DNA of 17,800 bases from Thermoproteaceae archaeon (GCA_020833025.1 JAJHRB010000030.1:1-17800); one strand, 5' to 3'; numbered from the stretch's first letter, positions 8,540 through 16,914 are shown. Notes: generated from the letters alone by a model not told the origin. Made by a program: numbers and translations.

Positions 8540-8615
8540 GCCTCCCACTCTCCTCGCCACCCTTCTGTGGCGTTCTCGCCGCGACTCGGCGGCTGCTGCC
8601 AGGCCCGGCAGCGCC

Positions 8616-8819
8616 TCAGTCCAGTATCTTGATTGTGTGCCCTGCAATCTTGGCCTTCCCCCCCGTGGGCTCTGCGAGCGCGCGGCCGCAGATGAGGCAG
8701 CGGACCGCCATGGCTGCGTGCGAGAACACCACTTGCTCGTTCCCGCAGTCAGGGCAGCGCACCTTGATGAACTTCGAGCGCGGCTGCGGGATGAGAACCT
8801 TGCTGAACCTCTGCGGCAT
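8616..8819 (-). CDS. rps27e: 30S ribosomal protein S27e
   Basis: [25 protein letters not shown]...CLICG...PTGGKAKI. Confidence 0.97.
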   Translation of the reverse strand: MPQRFSKVLIPQPRSKFIKVRCPDCGNEQVVFSHAAMAVRCLICGRALAEPTGGKAKIAGHTIKILD

Positions 8820-8820
8820 G

Positions 8821-9099
8821 TCACCCGACCAGCTCTATCTTCTTGAGTCTCGCGATGCCCTTGACGGTCTTGTAGCCGCACTTGCTGCACTGGAACACCA
8901 GCGTGGCGGTCTTTGTCGTCTTGGCGAATCGCTTCTGTTTGGGCTTGCGCGACGACCCGTAGCCCTTGCACTTGCGCTCGTACCTCCTCTGGCCCTCGGC
9001 CAGCGACCGCCTCTTGCCCTGGTGGTACACCGACACGTTGTGCGGCGTGTACGTATTGCAGCGCGGGCAGTACTTACTCACGACTTTTGGGAACCGCAC
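8821..9099 (-). CDS. rpl44e: 50S ribosomal protein L44e
   Basis: [20 protein letters not shown]...GYGSSRKP...KTTK...QCSKCG. Confidence 0.97.
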   Translation of the reverse strand: MRFPKVVSKYCPRCNTYTPHNVSVYHQGKRRSLAEGQRRYERKCKGYGSSRKPKQKRFAKTTKTATLVFQCSKCGYKTVKGIARLKKIELVG

Positions 9100-9118
9100 G
9101 GCCCGTGCGGGGGAGGGA

Positions 9119-9126
9119 TTAAAAAG
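9119..9126 (-). promoter_or_regulatory. TATA box of rpl44e-rps27e
   Basis: Minus-strand CTTTTTAA about 28 nt before the GTG at 9099. Confidence 0.65.
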
Positions 9127-9136
9127 CTCCCGCCCG

Positions 9137-9616
9137 TCATAAGTACAGGAACCTCCTGACGACGCCCCTCTCCTCCAGGTCCTTCGCGTCCCTTGTGGGG
9201 AGCTTGGCCAGGTCCCCCCTGGCGAAGGGCCCCACCTGCAAGAAGTCCTCGGTGATTATCGCCGGGTGGGGCATTAAGAACTGGACTATCACGTAGTCCT
9301 GCGACTTCTTCCGCGCGCCGGCTTGCTTTATCTTCAGGACGGGCCTCACTAGCCTCTCCTCCTCTGCCGTCATCCTCTCGGTCACTCTGCCCTGGCCGAG
9401 CTCCCACAGTATCTTTCTGAGCCTGAGCTCCATCAGCGTGAGGAGGGCCGACGAGACGTACTCCCTGACGCCGTCCGCGACGCTCTGGGGTATCGGCTGC
9501 GACTGGAGCTCCCGGAGCAGGCGCTCAGCCACCTCCGCGTAGGAGCTAAACGGCGGCTCGGCCAGCACGCGCGATGCGACCTCGGCGAGCAGCCAGAGCC
9601 TCAGCTTCTCAATCAC
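9137..9616 (-). CDS. GINS complex subunit (Gins15/Gins51 type)
   Basis: Helical A domain (ELRLRKI, MTAEEE) followed by a beta-rich B domain ([12 protein letters not shown]). Position between priS and rpl44e matches the known archaeal cluster. Confidence 0.85.
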   Translation of the reverse strand: MIEKLRLWLLAEVASRVLAEPPFSSYAEVAERLLRELQSQPIPQSVADGVREYVSSALLTLMELRLRKILWELGQGRVTERMTAEEERLVRPVLKIKQAGARKKSQDYVIVQFLMPHPAIITEDFLQVGPFARGDLAKLPTRDAKDLEERGVVRRFLYL

Positions 9617-10559
9617 AGATCTTTCCGTATTCCTGGAGCTCTAAATACACCGAAACGTGAGCCGGCAGCACCCTCACGTCGCCCCTCCCGGCCTCCACCC
9701 TCTCGAAGAGAACGACGGCCCTCAGCGGTTTCTCGAGCCTGAGCTTTAAGTACCCCTTCCTGAAGGCTATCGCGCGCTCCACCACGCTCTCGACGCCCCT
9801 CTCTAGGTCTCCCCTGCTCAGCGGCAGGGCCACGAGCCCCGTCTTCCCGTTGAGAGAGCCGGGCACCCTCATCAGTCTGTGCACGTCCTGCGTCACCTTC
9901 TCGTCTATCTCCACCCTGAGCGCCCTGGGGTCCTCCAGCCCCCGCCGCAGCCTCTTGAGATTGCCGGCGTCCTCCAGCTCGTAGAGCGGCGCGCCCCTCT
10001 TTCGCGAGCCCCTTCCCGGCCCGACTACAAACTTTGAGAGGTCGAGCCCGACGGCCCTCAGGTAGTTCACGAGCTCCCTCCGCTCCCTCTGTCCCAGCGA
10101 GAGCACCTCACGCTCCGAGACGTAAATGTGAAATCCTCTGTGCCCCGAGAACGCAATGCGCGAGGGGCTCACGCCGAGCTCCTCCTCGAGGATGTCCACG
10201 AGTTTCAGGGCCTCTCTCCTTGCGTCGTCAAGGCACTCGAGAGTCACGAGCTCTCCGCCCCTGCACGCCTCAGTTTCGAGGTGGTCGCCGTCTATGTCAA
10301 ATACCAGGTCAGCCCCTAGCCATCCCTTGCGCTCCATGTCGCTCTCGTCGGGTCTCTCGTAGTACGCAGACGAGAAGTACACGTGGCGCGGGGTTCTCTC
10401 CACGACGTATTTTCCCAGCTCCTCGATGCCTCTAAATGCCTTGTGCCTAATGACGGCGCCGCTGAACAGCTGGAATGCCAGCTCCCTCCTCTCAATGGCG
10501 TCTACCTCCAGCCTGGCGCGGTTCCTGTAAAAATTCCTGAAGAGTACCTCAACTATCAC
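9609..10559 (-). CDS. priS: DNA primase small (catalytic) subunit
   Basis: [14 protein letters not shown] (DxD), [33 protein letters not shown]. Confidence 0.97.
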   Translation of the reverse strand: MIVEVLFRNFYRNRARLEVDAIERRELAFQLFSGAVIRHKAFRGIEELGKYVVERTPRHVYFSSAYYERPDESDMERKGWLGADLVFDIDGDHLETEACRGGELVTLECLDDARREALKLVDILEEELGVSPSRIAFSGHRGFHIYVSEREVLSLGQRERRELVNYLRAVGLDLSKFVVGPGRGSRKRGAPLYELEDAGNLKRLRRGLEDPRALRVEIDEKVTQDVHRLMRVPGSLNGKTGLVALPLSRGDLERGVESVVERAIAFRKGYLKLRLEKPLRAVVLFERVEAGRGDVRVLPAHVSVYLELQEYGKICD

Positions 10560-11305
10560 TCCACTCTCGGGGCCAGGTAATACGATATCCTGCCCCCTGC
10601 CGGTATGTCGAATGTCAGCAGCATGGGCTTTGCCGTCGCTAGCTCCACCGTCACTATATCGCTAATCTTTGCCGTCTTGCTGGTTATGTCGATCAAGTAC
10701 TCCAGCGAGTAGCGGGCGGACGCGGGCTCCTTAACCTCGAACTCGTACACGAACTCGCTGTTCCTGTCGAGGCGGATCTCGACGTCTCCCTTGTCGCTCG
10801 ACGCCGATATCACCAGCGCCTCCTCATTTGCCTCGAACTTTACCTCGTCGGCTACCGCGTCCGCGTCCCTCATGGCCCCGGCGAGGACGTCGCTCGCGGT
10901 CTTTACCATTGCCGTGAACGTGACCTTGGGGGTGGGGAGCTCCTCGCCGACTACCTCTATGCTCGGCAGGGTTATCGACCTGACCGACTTCCCCACCAGC
11001 CTCACCTTGATCCTGCCCTCCTCGAACTCCAGCGATACCTTGTCGCCCTTCTTGACGCGCCTTATGATTTTCTTCAGCTCCTTAAAGTTAATGCCGACGC
11101 GCAGCTCCCCCGCCTCGGGGAACTCCTCAAATGCCTCTCTGGGCATTGTGAGATCCACCATTGCCGTCCTCGACGCGTCCAGAGCCCTCAGGTAAAGCCC
11201 GTCCTGCCTCACCGCCAGAGCCGCCTCCTCGACGAGCACAGATATTGCGTCCACTATGTACACAAACTCCTTGGCGTCCAGGTACGTGAGCGCGCGCCTC
11301 GACAT
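10556..11305 (-). CDS. pcn: DNA polymerase sliding clamp PCNA
   Basis: [43 protein letters not shown]. Confidence 0.97.
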   Translation of the reverse strand: MSRRALTYLDAKEFVYIVDAISVLVEEAALAVRQDGLYLRALDASRTAMVDLTMPREAFEEFPEAGELRVGINFKELKKIIRRVKKGDKVSLEFEEGRIKVRLVGKSVRSITLPSIEVVGEELPTPKVTFTAMVKTASDVLAGAMRDADAVADEVKFEANEEALVISASSDKGDVEIRLDRNSEFVYEFEVKEPASARYSLEYLIDITSKTAKISDIVTVELATAKPMLLTFDIPAGGRISYYLAPRVE

Positions 11306-11327
11306 TCAGGCATGCACGCGCGGCGGG

Positions 11328-11334
11328 TTAAAAG
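11328..11334 (-). promoter_or_regulatory. TATA box of the pcn-priS-gins unit
   Basis: Minus-strand CTTTTAA about 29 nt before the ATG at 11305. Confidence 0.65.
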
Positions 11335-11376
11335 CATGAGAGTGCCTGCGCGGTGTTCTTCCCGGCATGTCCGGCC

Positions 11377-11703
11377 CTACTCGTACTCCCTCCAGGTGTG
11401 GCCGCACTTAACGCACCGGTAGAACCTCGTCGGGGGCTCGTCCGCCGCCCTGGTCTGCTGCGCCCAGAAGTAGGCCTCGTCGTGACCGCACCTCGGGCAC
11501 CCCCTGGTCTTCACCCGCGGCAGGTTCGCGGCCTCTCCGGCCAGCACCACTATCGCACTCTTGTTCTCCACCGACGCCCTGCTGCGGTACTCCGCGCCGC
11601 CGTGCGCGTCCTCCTCGTAGCCGCACCTGGGGCACCGCAGAGCTGCCCTGCCGCCCCTCCTGACCGGCAGGAGCAGGCTCCCGTCCCTCGGGCAGAACTT
11701 CAT
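11377..11703 (-). CDS. tfs: Transcript cleavage factor TFS (RpoM/TFIIS family)
   Basis: MKFCP N-terminal zinc ribbon and QTRAADEPPTRFYRCVKCGHTWREY with the catalytic DE intact. Confidence 0.95.
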   Translation of the reverse strand: MKFCPRDGSLLLPVRRGGRAALRCPRCGYEEDAHGGAEYRSRASVENKSAIVVLAGEAANLPRVKTRGCPRCGHDEAYFWAQQTRAADEPPTRFYRCVKCGHTWREYE

Positions 11704-11725
11704 GGCATTGACAGCCCCCAGGCCG

Positions 11726-11763
11726 CTTTTATAAGGTGTCCGGCGCCGAGAAGCTTATTAAAA
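11726..11763. promoter_or_regulatory. Back-to-back promoters for tfs (minus) and rps19e (plus)
   Basis: CTTTTATAAG (11726-11735) about 31 nt from the tfs ATG. CTTATTAAAA (11754-11763) 29 nt before GTG 11783. Confidence 0.65.
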
Positions 11764-11782
11764 TGTGCCACGAGGCCCGCCC

Positions 11783-12265
11783 GTGACGGCAGTGAAGGAC
11801 GTGCCGGCAGACGTGCTGATAGCCGAGGTCGCCAGGTACATCAAGGAGAGCGTGCCCCAAGTGAGGCCGCCCGTCTGGGCTGATTGCGTCAAGACAGGTC
11901 CCAACAAGACGAGACCGCCCGCAGATCCAGACTGGTGGTACGTCAGAGCCGCGTCGGTGCTGCGAAAGCTCTACCTCCACGGCCCTGCCGGCGTCGGCAG
12001 GCTGAGAGGCGCGTACAGCTACAGGGCTAAGGTAGGGAGGTACAAGACGAGGCCCGAGAGAACCAGGAAGGCCGGCGGCGCCGTAATAAGGAAGATACTG
12101 CAGCAGCTCGAGCAGGCAGGGCTCGTTGCGAGGGGCAGGAGGGGGAGGTCCCTGACGCCTGAGGGGAGGTCGCTGCTCGACGCGATTGCCGCCAAGATTG
12201 CGAGAGAGCTCGCCAGGGCGCGGCCCGAGCTCCTGAAGTACACGGCCCCGCCGAGGGGGCAATGA
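11783..12265 (+). CDS. rps19e: 30S ribosomal protein S19e
   Basis: [36 protein letters not shown]-like [18 protein letters not shown]. Start moved from 11765 to GTG 11783 by TATA spacing. Confidence 0.96.
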   Translation: MTAVKDVPADVLIAEVARYIKESVPQVRPPVWADCVKTGPNKTRPPADPDWWYVRAASVLRKLYLHGPAGVGRLRGAYSYRAKVGRYKTRPERTRKAGGAVIRKILQQLEQAGLVARGRRGRSLTPEGRSLLDAIAAKIARELARARPELLKYTAPPRGQ

Positions 12266-12585
12266 CGGAGCAGGACAGAGAGCTGGAGGAGCTGCGCCGC
12301 AGGAAGCTGGAAGAGCTGCAGAGGAGAGTTGAGGAGGAGAGGAGGGCGCAGATAGAGGCCGCGCAGCGGAGGGTGGCGCTCAAGAAGATACTGACTCCCG
12401 AGGCTCTCGCGAGGCTCGACAACATAAGAGTCGTGAGGCCCGAGCTCGCCGCCGCGCTCGAGCAGCAGCTGATAGGCCTGGCCGCGAGCGGGAAGGTAAA
12501 GGTGCCCGTGGACGAGGAGACGCTGAAGAAGATACTCGAGATGGTGTACAGCAGGACGAGGCGCGAGTTCAGGATAAAGCTCTAG
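12262..12585 (+). CDS. PDCD5-like double-stranded DNA-binding protein
   Basis: [53 protein letters not shown]. Usual position after S19e. Confidence 0.92.
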   Translation: MTEQDRELEELRRRKLEELQRRVEEERRAQIEAAQRRVALKKILTPEALARLDNIRVVRPELAAALEQQLIGLAASGKVKVPVDEETLKKILEMVYSRTRREFRIKL

Positions 12586-12597
12586 CGCCGGCCAATT

Positions 12598-12624
12598 CTT
12601 AAAAACGCTGCGGGGCCGCAGCGT
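12598..12624 (+). promoter_or_regulatory. rpl39e promoter: TATA (CTTAAAAA) followed by a perfect 20-bp inverted repeat
   Basis: TATA at 12598-12605, 29 nt before GTG 12627. ACGCTGCGG-GG-CCGCAGCGT at 12605-12624. Confidence 0.6.
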
Positions 12625-12626
12625 CC

Positions 12627-12782
12627 GTGGCCCGCAACAAGCCCCCCGGCAGGAAGCTCAGGCTCGCGGCAGCGCTGAGGTCAAACAGAAACCCGCCGGT
12701 GTGGGTCGCGATTAAGACAAAAAGGAGCGTGGCGAGATCCCCGGCGCGCAGGCACTGGCGCCGGGTGAAGCTCAAGGCCTAG
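12627..12782 (+). CDS. rpl39e: 50S ribosomal protein L39e (51 aa, absent from the ORF track)
   Basis: My translation: [51 protein letters not shown], with the L39e PxWV and RRHWRR signatures. Confidence 0.96.
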   Translation: MARNKPPGRKLRLAAALRSNRNPPVWVAIKTKRSVARSPARRHWRRVKLKA

Positions 12783-13512
12783 CGGCGGCCTTGACAGCCC
12801 TGACTATTTCGGCGAGTCTCTCGGGCCTCTCCTCGGCTATTGTCCCCGTCACCACGACGTTGGGCCTCTCCCTGGCTATGGAGTAAGCCGCCTCGCCGCT
12901 CCTAATGCCGCCGCCCACTATGAGCACTCTCGGGAAGGCCTCTCTGGCGGCCCTGACGGCTTCCGGCGGCACGGGCCTCTGAGCGCCGCTGCCCGCCTCG
13001 AGGTACAGCGCGCTGAAGCCAATGTAGCGCGCGGCGAGCGCGTAAGCGGCAGCTATGTCGGGCCTCTCGTAGGGCACGGGCCTCGCCATGGACAGGAAGC
13101 CCGCGGCGCCTCCGTCGCCAACTATGACGTAGGCCGTCGAGATGACCTCGAGGCTCTTGAACCGCTTGGCTATAAGCACGGCTCCCTGGACCTGCGCGCC
13201 GACAATGAAGTACGGGTCCAGCGAGTTGAGCACGCTCAAGAATAGAACTCCGTCTGCCTCGCCTGTGAGCTGGGCTACCGACCCCGGGAATAGAATTACG
13301 GGCACGCTAGCCACGGACTTTATGTCCCTCACCACCTCCGCCATCTGGCTCTCGCAGACGCCCGTAGACCCCCCGACCAGTATGCCGTCAGTGCCGGCCT
13401 CTACCGCGAGCCTCGCAATCCTGACGGGATCCGCGGTCTTGTCGGGGTCTATCAGCGTGAAGTGCTTCACTCCCTCGAGGAGGTACTCGTACAGCCTACC
13501 CGCCTGTCTCAT
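12772..13512 (-). CDS. Geranylgeranylglyceryl phosphate (GGGP) synthase
   Basis: [45 protein letters not shown]. Confidence 0.95.
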   Translation of the reverse strand: MRQAGRLYEYLLEGVKHFTLIDPDKTADPVRIARLAVEAGTDGILVGGSTGVCESQMAEVVRDIKSVASVPVILFPGSVAQLTGEADGVLFLSVLNSLDPYFIVGAQVQGAVLIAKRFKSLEVISTAYVIVGDGGAAGFLSMARPVPYERPDIAAAYALAARYIGFSALYLEAGSGAQRPVPPEAVRAAREAFPRVLIVGGGIRSGEAAYSIARERPNVVVTGTIAEERPERLAEIVRAVKAAARP

Positions 13513-13780
13513 GCCCGCTCCCCTCCGGCGCGCCCCGCGCTGCCTGTACCCTTCCCTCTAGGTACAGGTCGACGAGCGCGTTGTAGTAGTCGACGGGCAT
13601 CCAGCCGGGCCTGGGCTCGAACTCGTGGCGCAGGCCGCAGCCGCCGCACACTACAGCGTAGTTCCTGCCCACCCTCTTCACGGAGACTAGCTGCGCGCCG
13701 CAGTGCGGGCACGTGAATATTTTGGGAAGTCTCTTCTTCGGCTTCAGTACGAGTTTCCTGCGCTTGCGCCTCTTGCCCAC
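13496..13780 (-). CDS. elf1: Transcription elongation factor Elf1
   Basis: MGKRRKRRK...[11 protein letters not shown]...VCGGCG...VDYY. Start moved to GTG 13780; minus-strand TTTAAA at 13806-13801 gives the usual spacing. Confidence 0.92.
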   Translation of the reverse strand: MGKRRKRRKLVLKPKKRLPKIFTCPHCGAQLVSVKRVGRNYAVVCGGCGLRHEFEPRPGWMPVDYYNALVDLYLEGRVQAARGAPEGSGHETGG

Positions 13781-13813
13781 GGCCGCTGGTGGGGCAAGCA
13801 TTTAAAGTGAGCG

Positions 13814-13863
13814 TCAGCCGTAGCGCCTCCGGTCACCCGTCACCGTAACCCTGACCGCATCAC
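13814..13863 (-). ncRNA. Box C/D guide sRNA (no. 2)
   Basis: Minus strand: C GTGATGC (13863-13857, one mismatch), guide GGTCAGGGTTACG, D' GTGA, spacer CGG, C' GTGACCG, guide GAGGCGCTACGG, D CTGA (13817-13814). Core is 50 nt. TTTTTTA lies about 29 nt upstream. Confidence 0.78.
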
Positions 13864-13885
13864 CCGGCCGTGCGGCGGCGCGGGC

Positions 13886-13892
13886 TAAAAAA
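13886..13892 (-). promoter_or_regulatory. TATA-like box for C/D sRNA no. 2
   Basis: Minus-strand TTTTTTA 29 nt before the C box. It may also act as the T-rich terminator of the PRTase gene. Confidence 0.55.
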
Positions 13893-13905
13893 GTGCTCGC
13901 GCCGG

Positions 13906-14568
13906 CTACGCCCTGCACCTGCTCAGCTTGACCTGCCCCCTTTCTGCCAGCATCCTGAGCGCGTGCATTATCTGCGCGAACCTCCTCTCCACGTATTCGC
14001 TCCCGTACCACTCCACGTGCGCCTCGATCAGCTCGTCGAGGCACCACTCCGACCTTCCTGTCTCTCTGGCAATTCTCAGTATGAAGCCGGCCGCGTCCTC
14101 AACTGCCGTCCACGGGTATGCAAACCAGACCCAGTCCTTGACCTCAATTGCGTAGTAGTCTGGCATGAACTTGGCGACGCTGGTGATGACCTGCAGCGCT
14201 GCCGTTCTGACCTCCGCCGGCCTGCAGCACTCCTCCACGCTCTTCTTCGCCAGCGCGACGCTGTCCCCCGTGTCCACAATGTCGTCAACCACGAGAACCC
14301 GCCTGCCGCTCAAGTCCGCGCTCAGCGAGTGCTTCACGCGCGCCCTCTCTGCGACCTGCGCCGCCGACGGCCAGTGAAGCACTTGAATGCTCAGCAAGTC
14401 GTCGACGCCGAGCCAGTCACAGAGCAGGCGGGCCGGGACGTAGCCGCCTCTGGCAATTGCGACTATGACGTCGGGACTCCAGCCGCTGGCCCTCACTCTC
14501 TCCGCCAGCCTCCTGGACCACTCGACTATCTCTTCAAACGTGACTACCCTCACCGGCACTCTCGGCAC
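13906..14568 (-). CDS. Type I phosphoribosyltransferase (purine salvage, Gpt/Hpt-like)
   Basis: IVAIARGGYVPARLL, PRPP-binding VLVVDDIVDTGDS, WVWFAYPW. Start moved to GTG 14568 (TATA-like CTTTAATT at 14595-14588). Confidence 0.9.
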   Translation of the reverse strand: MPRVPVRVVTFEEIVEWSRRLAERVRASGWSPDVIVAIARGGYVPARLLCDWLGVDDLLSIQVLHWPSAAQVAERARVKHSLSADLSGRRVLVVDDIVDTGDSVALAKKSVEECCRPAEVRTAALQVITSVAKFMPDYYAIEVKDWVWFAYPWTAVEDAAGFILRIARETGRSEWCLDELIEAHVEWYGSEYVERRFAQIMHALRMLAERGQVKLSRCRA

Positions 14569-14597
14569 GGCGGCCAGCACTGGCAGAAATTAAAGGT

Positions 14598-15611
14598 TTA
14601 TTTACACGGCTCCACAGCCACAAACCGGCTTGCCAGCGCGCTGCATTTAACGGCTCCCTTAAACTCGAAATCCCACGTCCTAACAATGCCGCAGTCCATG
14701 TCGACGCACTGGTTGAAGCGCAGCCTCCCGACAGTGCACCTGTCGCCGTCACAGGAGGCGTACTTGTCGCGCCTCCTCGCGCCCTCGACCATCACGTTTA
14801 TGTTGCCCGCTGCAGCGTAGAGCCCCGCGGAGTTGAATGCAACGATCCACCTCCCCATGACGCGCGCGACGAGGTAGGGCAGCGCCCTGAGCACGTCCAG
14901 ACTCAGCGCGACGCCGCCTGGCACTACGACGGGGTCCAGCGCGGCGTAAATGCCGAAGAGGAGGAGCCAGGAGTCGGGGCCTGGCGGGAGCCTCCACGTC
15001 AGCGCGCTGTAAATGCCGTAGCGCATGGCCACTGCGAACCCCCTCCACGACCTGCTGACTGACTCCAGCGCATCGCCGAAACGCAAGAGCCCGAGCAGGG
15101 CGCCTGTCTCTCTGTCCAGCGCGGGCGGGGAGTAGGGCCTGCGCTCCCTCAGCCCCCTGGCCACCAGAACGCCGAGAATCTCGCGGCACTCGCCGGGGGG
15201 CCTCGCGCCCCTCCTGTAGTAAATGTCCCACAGGTACGGCGCGCCCCTAATTATGTCGCGGAGGTACCTCGCCAGGCAGTTCCCGCCGTTCAGCTCGCTC
15301 GTTGCGTGAAGCTCGGCAACTCTCAGCATGGCGTTGAGGCAGCGGTCCTCGGCGAATATCTCCCTGTAGAGAAATCTCGGCACGTCGGGGGGCCCCGCGC
15401 ACAAGTAGGTCCCGCGGACCCTCACCGGGCACCTCAGCGCGCGCCTGAAGACGACGAGGGAGCCGTCGACGTAAATTCCGCCGGCCCCTATCTCGACCCT
15501 GCCCGCGATGCTGCTGCCGCCGAGCCTCAAGCCTCCCTCCCAGACGTAGAGCGTCCTGCCCGGGGAGATCCTGACCTCAATGGGAAGTGCGGAGGGCGCG
15601 TTGCACTCCAC
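14598..15611 (-). CDS. Hypothetical protein (337 aa, Cys-rich ends)
   Basis: Long ORF with host-like codon usage filling the gap. No motif recognised; start codon uncertain. Confidence 0.75.
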   Translation of the reverse strand: MECNAPSALPIEVRISPGRTLYVWEGGLRLGGSSIAGRVEIGAGGIYVDGSLVVFRRALRCPVRVRGTYLCAGPPDVPRFLYREIFAEDRCLNAMLRVAELHATSELNGGNCLARYLRDIIRGAPYLWDIYYRRGARPPGECREILGVLVARGLRERRPYSPPALDRETGALLGLLRFGDALESVSRSWRGFAVAMRYGIYSALTWRLPPGPDSWLLLFGIYAALDPVVVPGGVALSLDVLRALPYLVARVMGRWIVAFNSAGLYAAAGNINVMVEGARRRDKYASCDGDRCTVGRLRFNQCVDMDCGIVRTWDFEFKGAVKCSALASRFVAVEPCK

Positions 15612-15625
15612 GCCGGCGGGAAGCG

Positions 15626-15672
15626 TCAGCGTTCAAATCCCCGATCACCGGTCACCCGCAGCCCTTCGTCAC
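15626..15672 (-). ncRNA. Box C/D guide sRNA (no. 3), predicted tRNA Cm56 guide
   Basis: Minus strand: C GTGACGA (15672-15666), guide AGGGCTGCGG, D' GTGA, spacer CCG, C' GTGATCG, guide GGGATTTGAACG, D CTGA (15629-15626). The D guide is complementary to tRNA G53-UUCRAAU-CCC63, and its fifth base from box D pairs with C56. Confidence 0.88.
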
Positions 15673-15695
15673 CTGGCCTCCCGCTGCGGGCGGCC

Positions 15696-15703
15696 TTAAA
15701 AAC
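15696..15703 (-). promoter_or_regulatory. TATA box for C/D sRNA no. 3, overlapping the SWIM gene stop codon
   Basis: Minus-strand GTTTTTAA about 31 nt before the C box. Confidence 0.6.
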
Positions 15704-16094
15704 TCTGACTCCCCGCGCCGGGCTTCTTGAGCCACCCGAGCCTCGAGAGATCTACGCGCTTCCCCAGCTTCAGCAGCGAGACAACGCACCACGTTATGAG
15801 GCCGATTACTATGTGCTTGCACGTCCTGTTGCGCACGACGTTCCACTTGCACGTGCACTTGGCGCCGTAAATCCCGACCGCGACGTAGTACCAGGTGCCG
15901 CGGCTGCTGGCAGATCTGACCGAGAGCCTCACCCCGACGATCTCGCCGCCCCTCTCGACGATGTCGAGTATCCTGACAGTCTCGGGGGAGACGTAGGAGT
16001 ACAGGTCCAGCACTCTCTCGTGGCGAATTCCCAGCGCCCTGGATATCTCCAGCAGCGCGCTCTTTACCTGGTCGCTAATCTGCGAGCGCTGCAT
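15696..16094 (-). CDS. SWIM zinc-finger domain protein
   Basis: WYYVAV...KCTCKW...RTCKHIV matches the CxC-Xn-CxH SWIM pattern. Confidence 0.85.
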   Translation of the reverse strand: MQRSQISDQVKSALLEISRALGIRHERVLDLYSYVSPETVRILDIVERGGEIVGVRLSVRSASSRGTWYYVAVGIYGAKCTCKWNVVRNRTCKHIVIGLITWCVVSLLKLGKRVDLSRLGWLKKPGAGSQSF

Positions 16095-16830
16095 TTACGA
16101 ACTCCTCGTCCCCGGCTATTAGGGAAATGCGCGAGTCGAGGGAGTCACCCCCGCGTATTACGTACTTAAACCCGCGGATGTACTTGCCGAAGGTCAGCGC
16201 GCCCGCCACGTCCACGGCCCTGAGCCTTCCCCTCAAGTCGACGAATCCCCTCGCCGCGCCGCACGCCGTCAGCACGAGCTCTGCCGCGGAGCTGCCGAGG
16301 CTCCTCCCCTTGAGCCCCAGCCTCCTGAGCGCCCTGAAGACCCTATCGTGCGCGTTGCTGTCAATTGCCACGAACACTATGCCGCCCCGCCCCGCCGGCC
16401 TCACGGGCACTCCGTTCTTGAGCGCGCCGGCCCCCGGGCCTGCGGTGTAGATATCGCCGGCGGGCAGTACCGATACGGCGGCGTACTGAAGGTCGCCCAG
16501 CGTGCCGGTGCTGTAAGTGCCGGCGGCGAGCGAGACCGAGAACATCGGTATGCCCGCGGCGTAGTTGAGCGAGCCGTCGAGGGGGTCGAGCGCGAATAGG
16601 TAACGCTCGCCTCCCCACCTGTAAACTCCGCGCTCCTCGGCGTACATCACGCCCCCCTCGCTGAAGTGCTCGCGGAGCAGCCTGTATGCCAGCTCCTCCG
16701 CGGCCAGGTCTATCTCCCGCGTCACGTCGTCGCCCCTCCTCGCGACAATGCCGGTGCCCTCCCCCGACCTGAATTTCTCGAGGATGTAGCAGGAAAGCCG
16801 CGCGACGACGGCCTCTAAAACTTTGAGCAT
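16075..16830 (-). CDS. Inositol monophosphatase / fructose-1,6-bisphosphatase (archaeal bifunctional family)
   Basis: DVTREIDLAAE, AEE, LDPLDGSLNY, RSLGSSA, DLRGRLRAVDVAGA. Start moved to ATG 16830 (TATA-like CTTAATAAAT at 16863-16854). Confidence 0.92.
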   Translation of the reverse strand: MLKVLEAVVARLSCYILEKFRSGEGTGIVARRGDDVTREIDLAAEELAYRLLREHFSEGGVMYAEERGVYRWGGERYLFALDPLDGSLNYAAGIPMFSVSLAAGTYSTGTLGDLQYAAVSVLPAGDIYTAGPGAGALKNGVPVRPAGRGGIVFVAIDSNAHDRVFRALRRLGLKGRSLGSSAAELVLTACGAARGFVDLRGRLRAVDVAGALTFGKYIRGFKYVIRGGDSLDSRISLIAGDEEFVNAALAD

Positions 16831-16878
16831 ACTCACGCGCCCTGCCGCCCGCATTTATTAAGCTGACGCCGCTCCGCG

Positions 16879-16894
16879 CGAAAAAGATAAAAAG
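16879..16894 (+). promoter_or_regulatory. BRE/TATA-like promoter upstream of the tRNA half
   Basis: CGAAAAAGATAAAAAG. Applying the ~29-nt spacing seen elsewhere puts the transcription start near G16915. Confidence 0.6.
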
Positions 16895-16914
16895 CGGGAG
16901 CCCGGAGCGGGCGG

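Noticed and set aside
8598-8608. SRP RNA helix-8-like GCCAGGCCCGG
   Set aside because: Not followed by the GNRA loop and GGAGCA strand, and the gap is far too short for a ~300-nt SRP RNA.
8764-8806. C/D-like pattern antisense to rps27e (TTGATGA...CTGC...GGGATGA...CTGA)
   Set aside because: Second guide only 8 nt, D' lacks GA, no promoter at the right distance, and the sequence is explained by S27e codons.
7482-11703. Linkage of replication genes (PCNA, priS, GINS) with translation genes (L44e, S27e, aIF2alpha, Nop10) as a novelty
   Set aside because: This is a well-known conserved archaeal gene cluster.
14183-14210. GTGATGA...CTGA antisense within the PRTase gene
   Set aside because: Only 17 nt between the boxes, no C'/D', no promoter; likely chance.
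15630-15641. Plus-strand tRNA fragment (CGTTCAAATCCC)
   Set aside because: It is the antisense of the D guide of sRNA no. 3. No T-stem or acceptor strand flanks it.
407-16599. Numerous long antisense or alternate-frame ORFs in the track (e.g. 635..1351, 2367..3368, 6141..7199, 13870..14820, 15306..16169)
   Set aside because: They overlap well-supported genes, have Arg/Ala/Pro-rich GC shadow composition, and are expected at this GC content.
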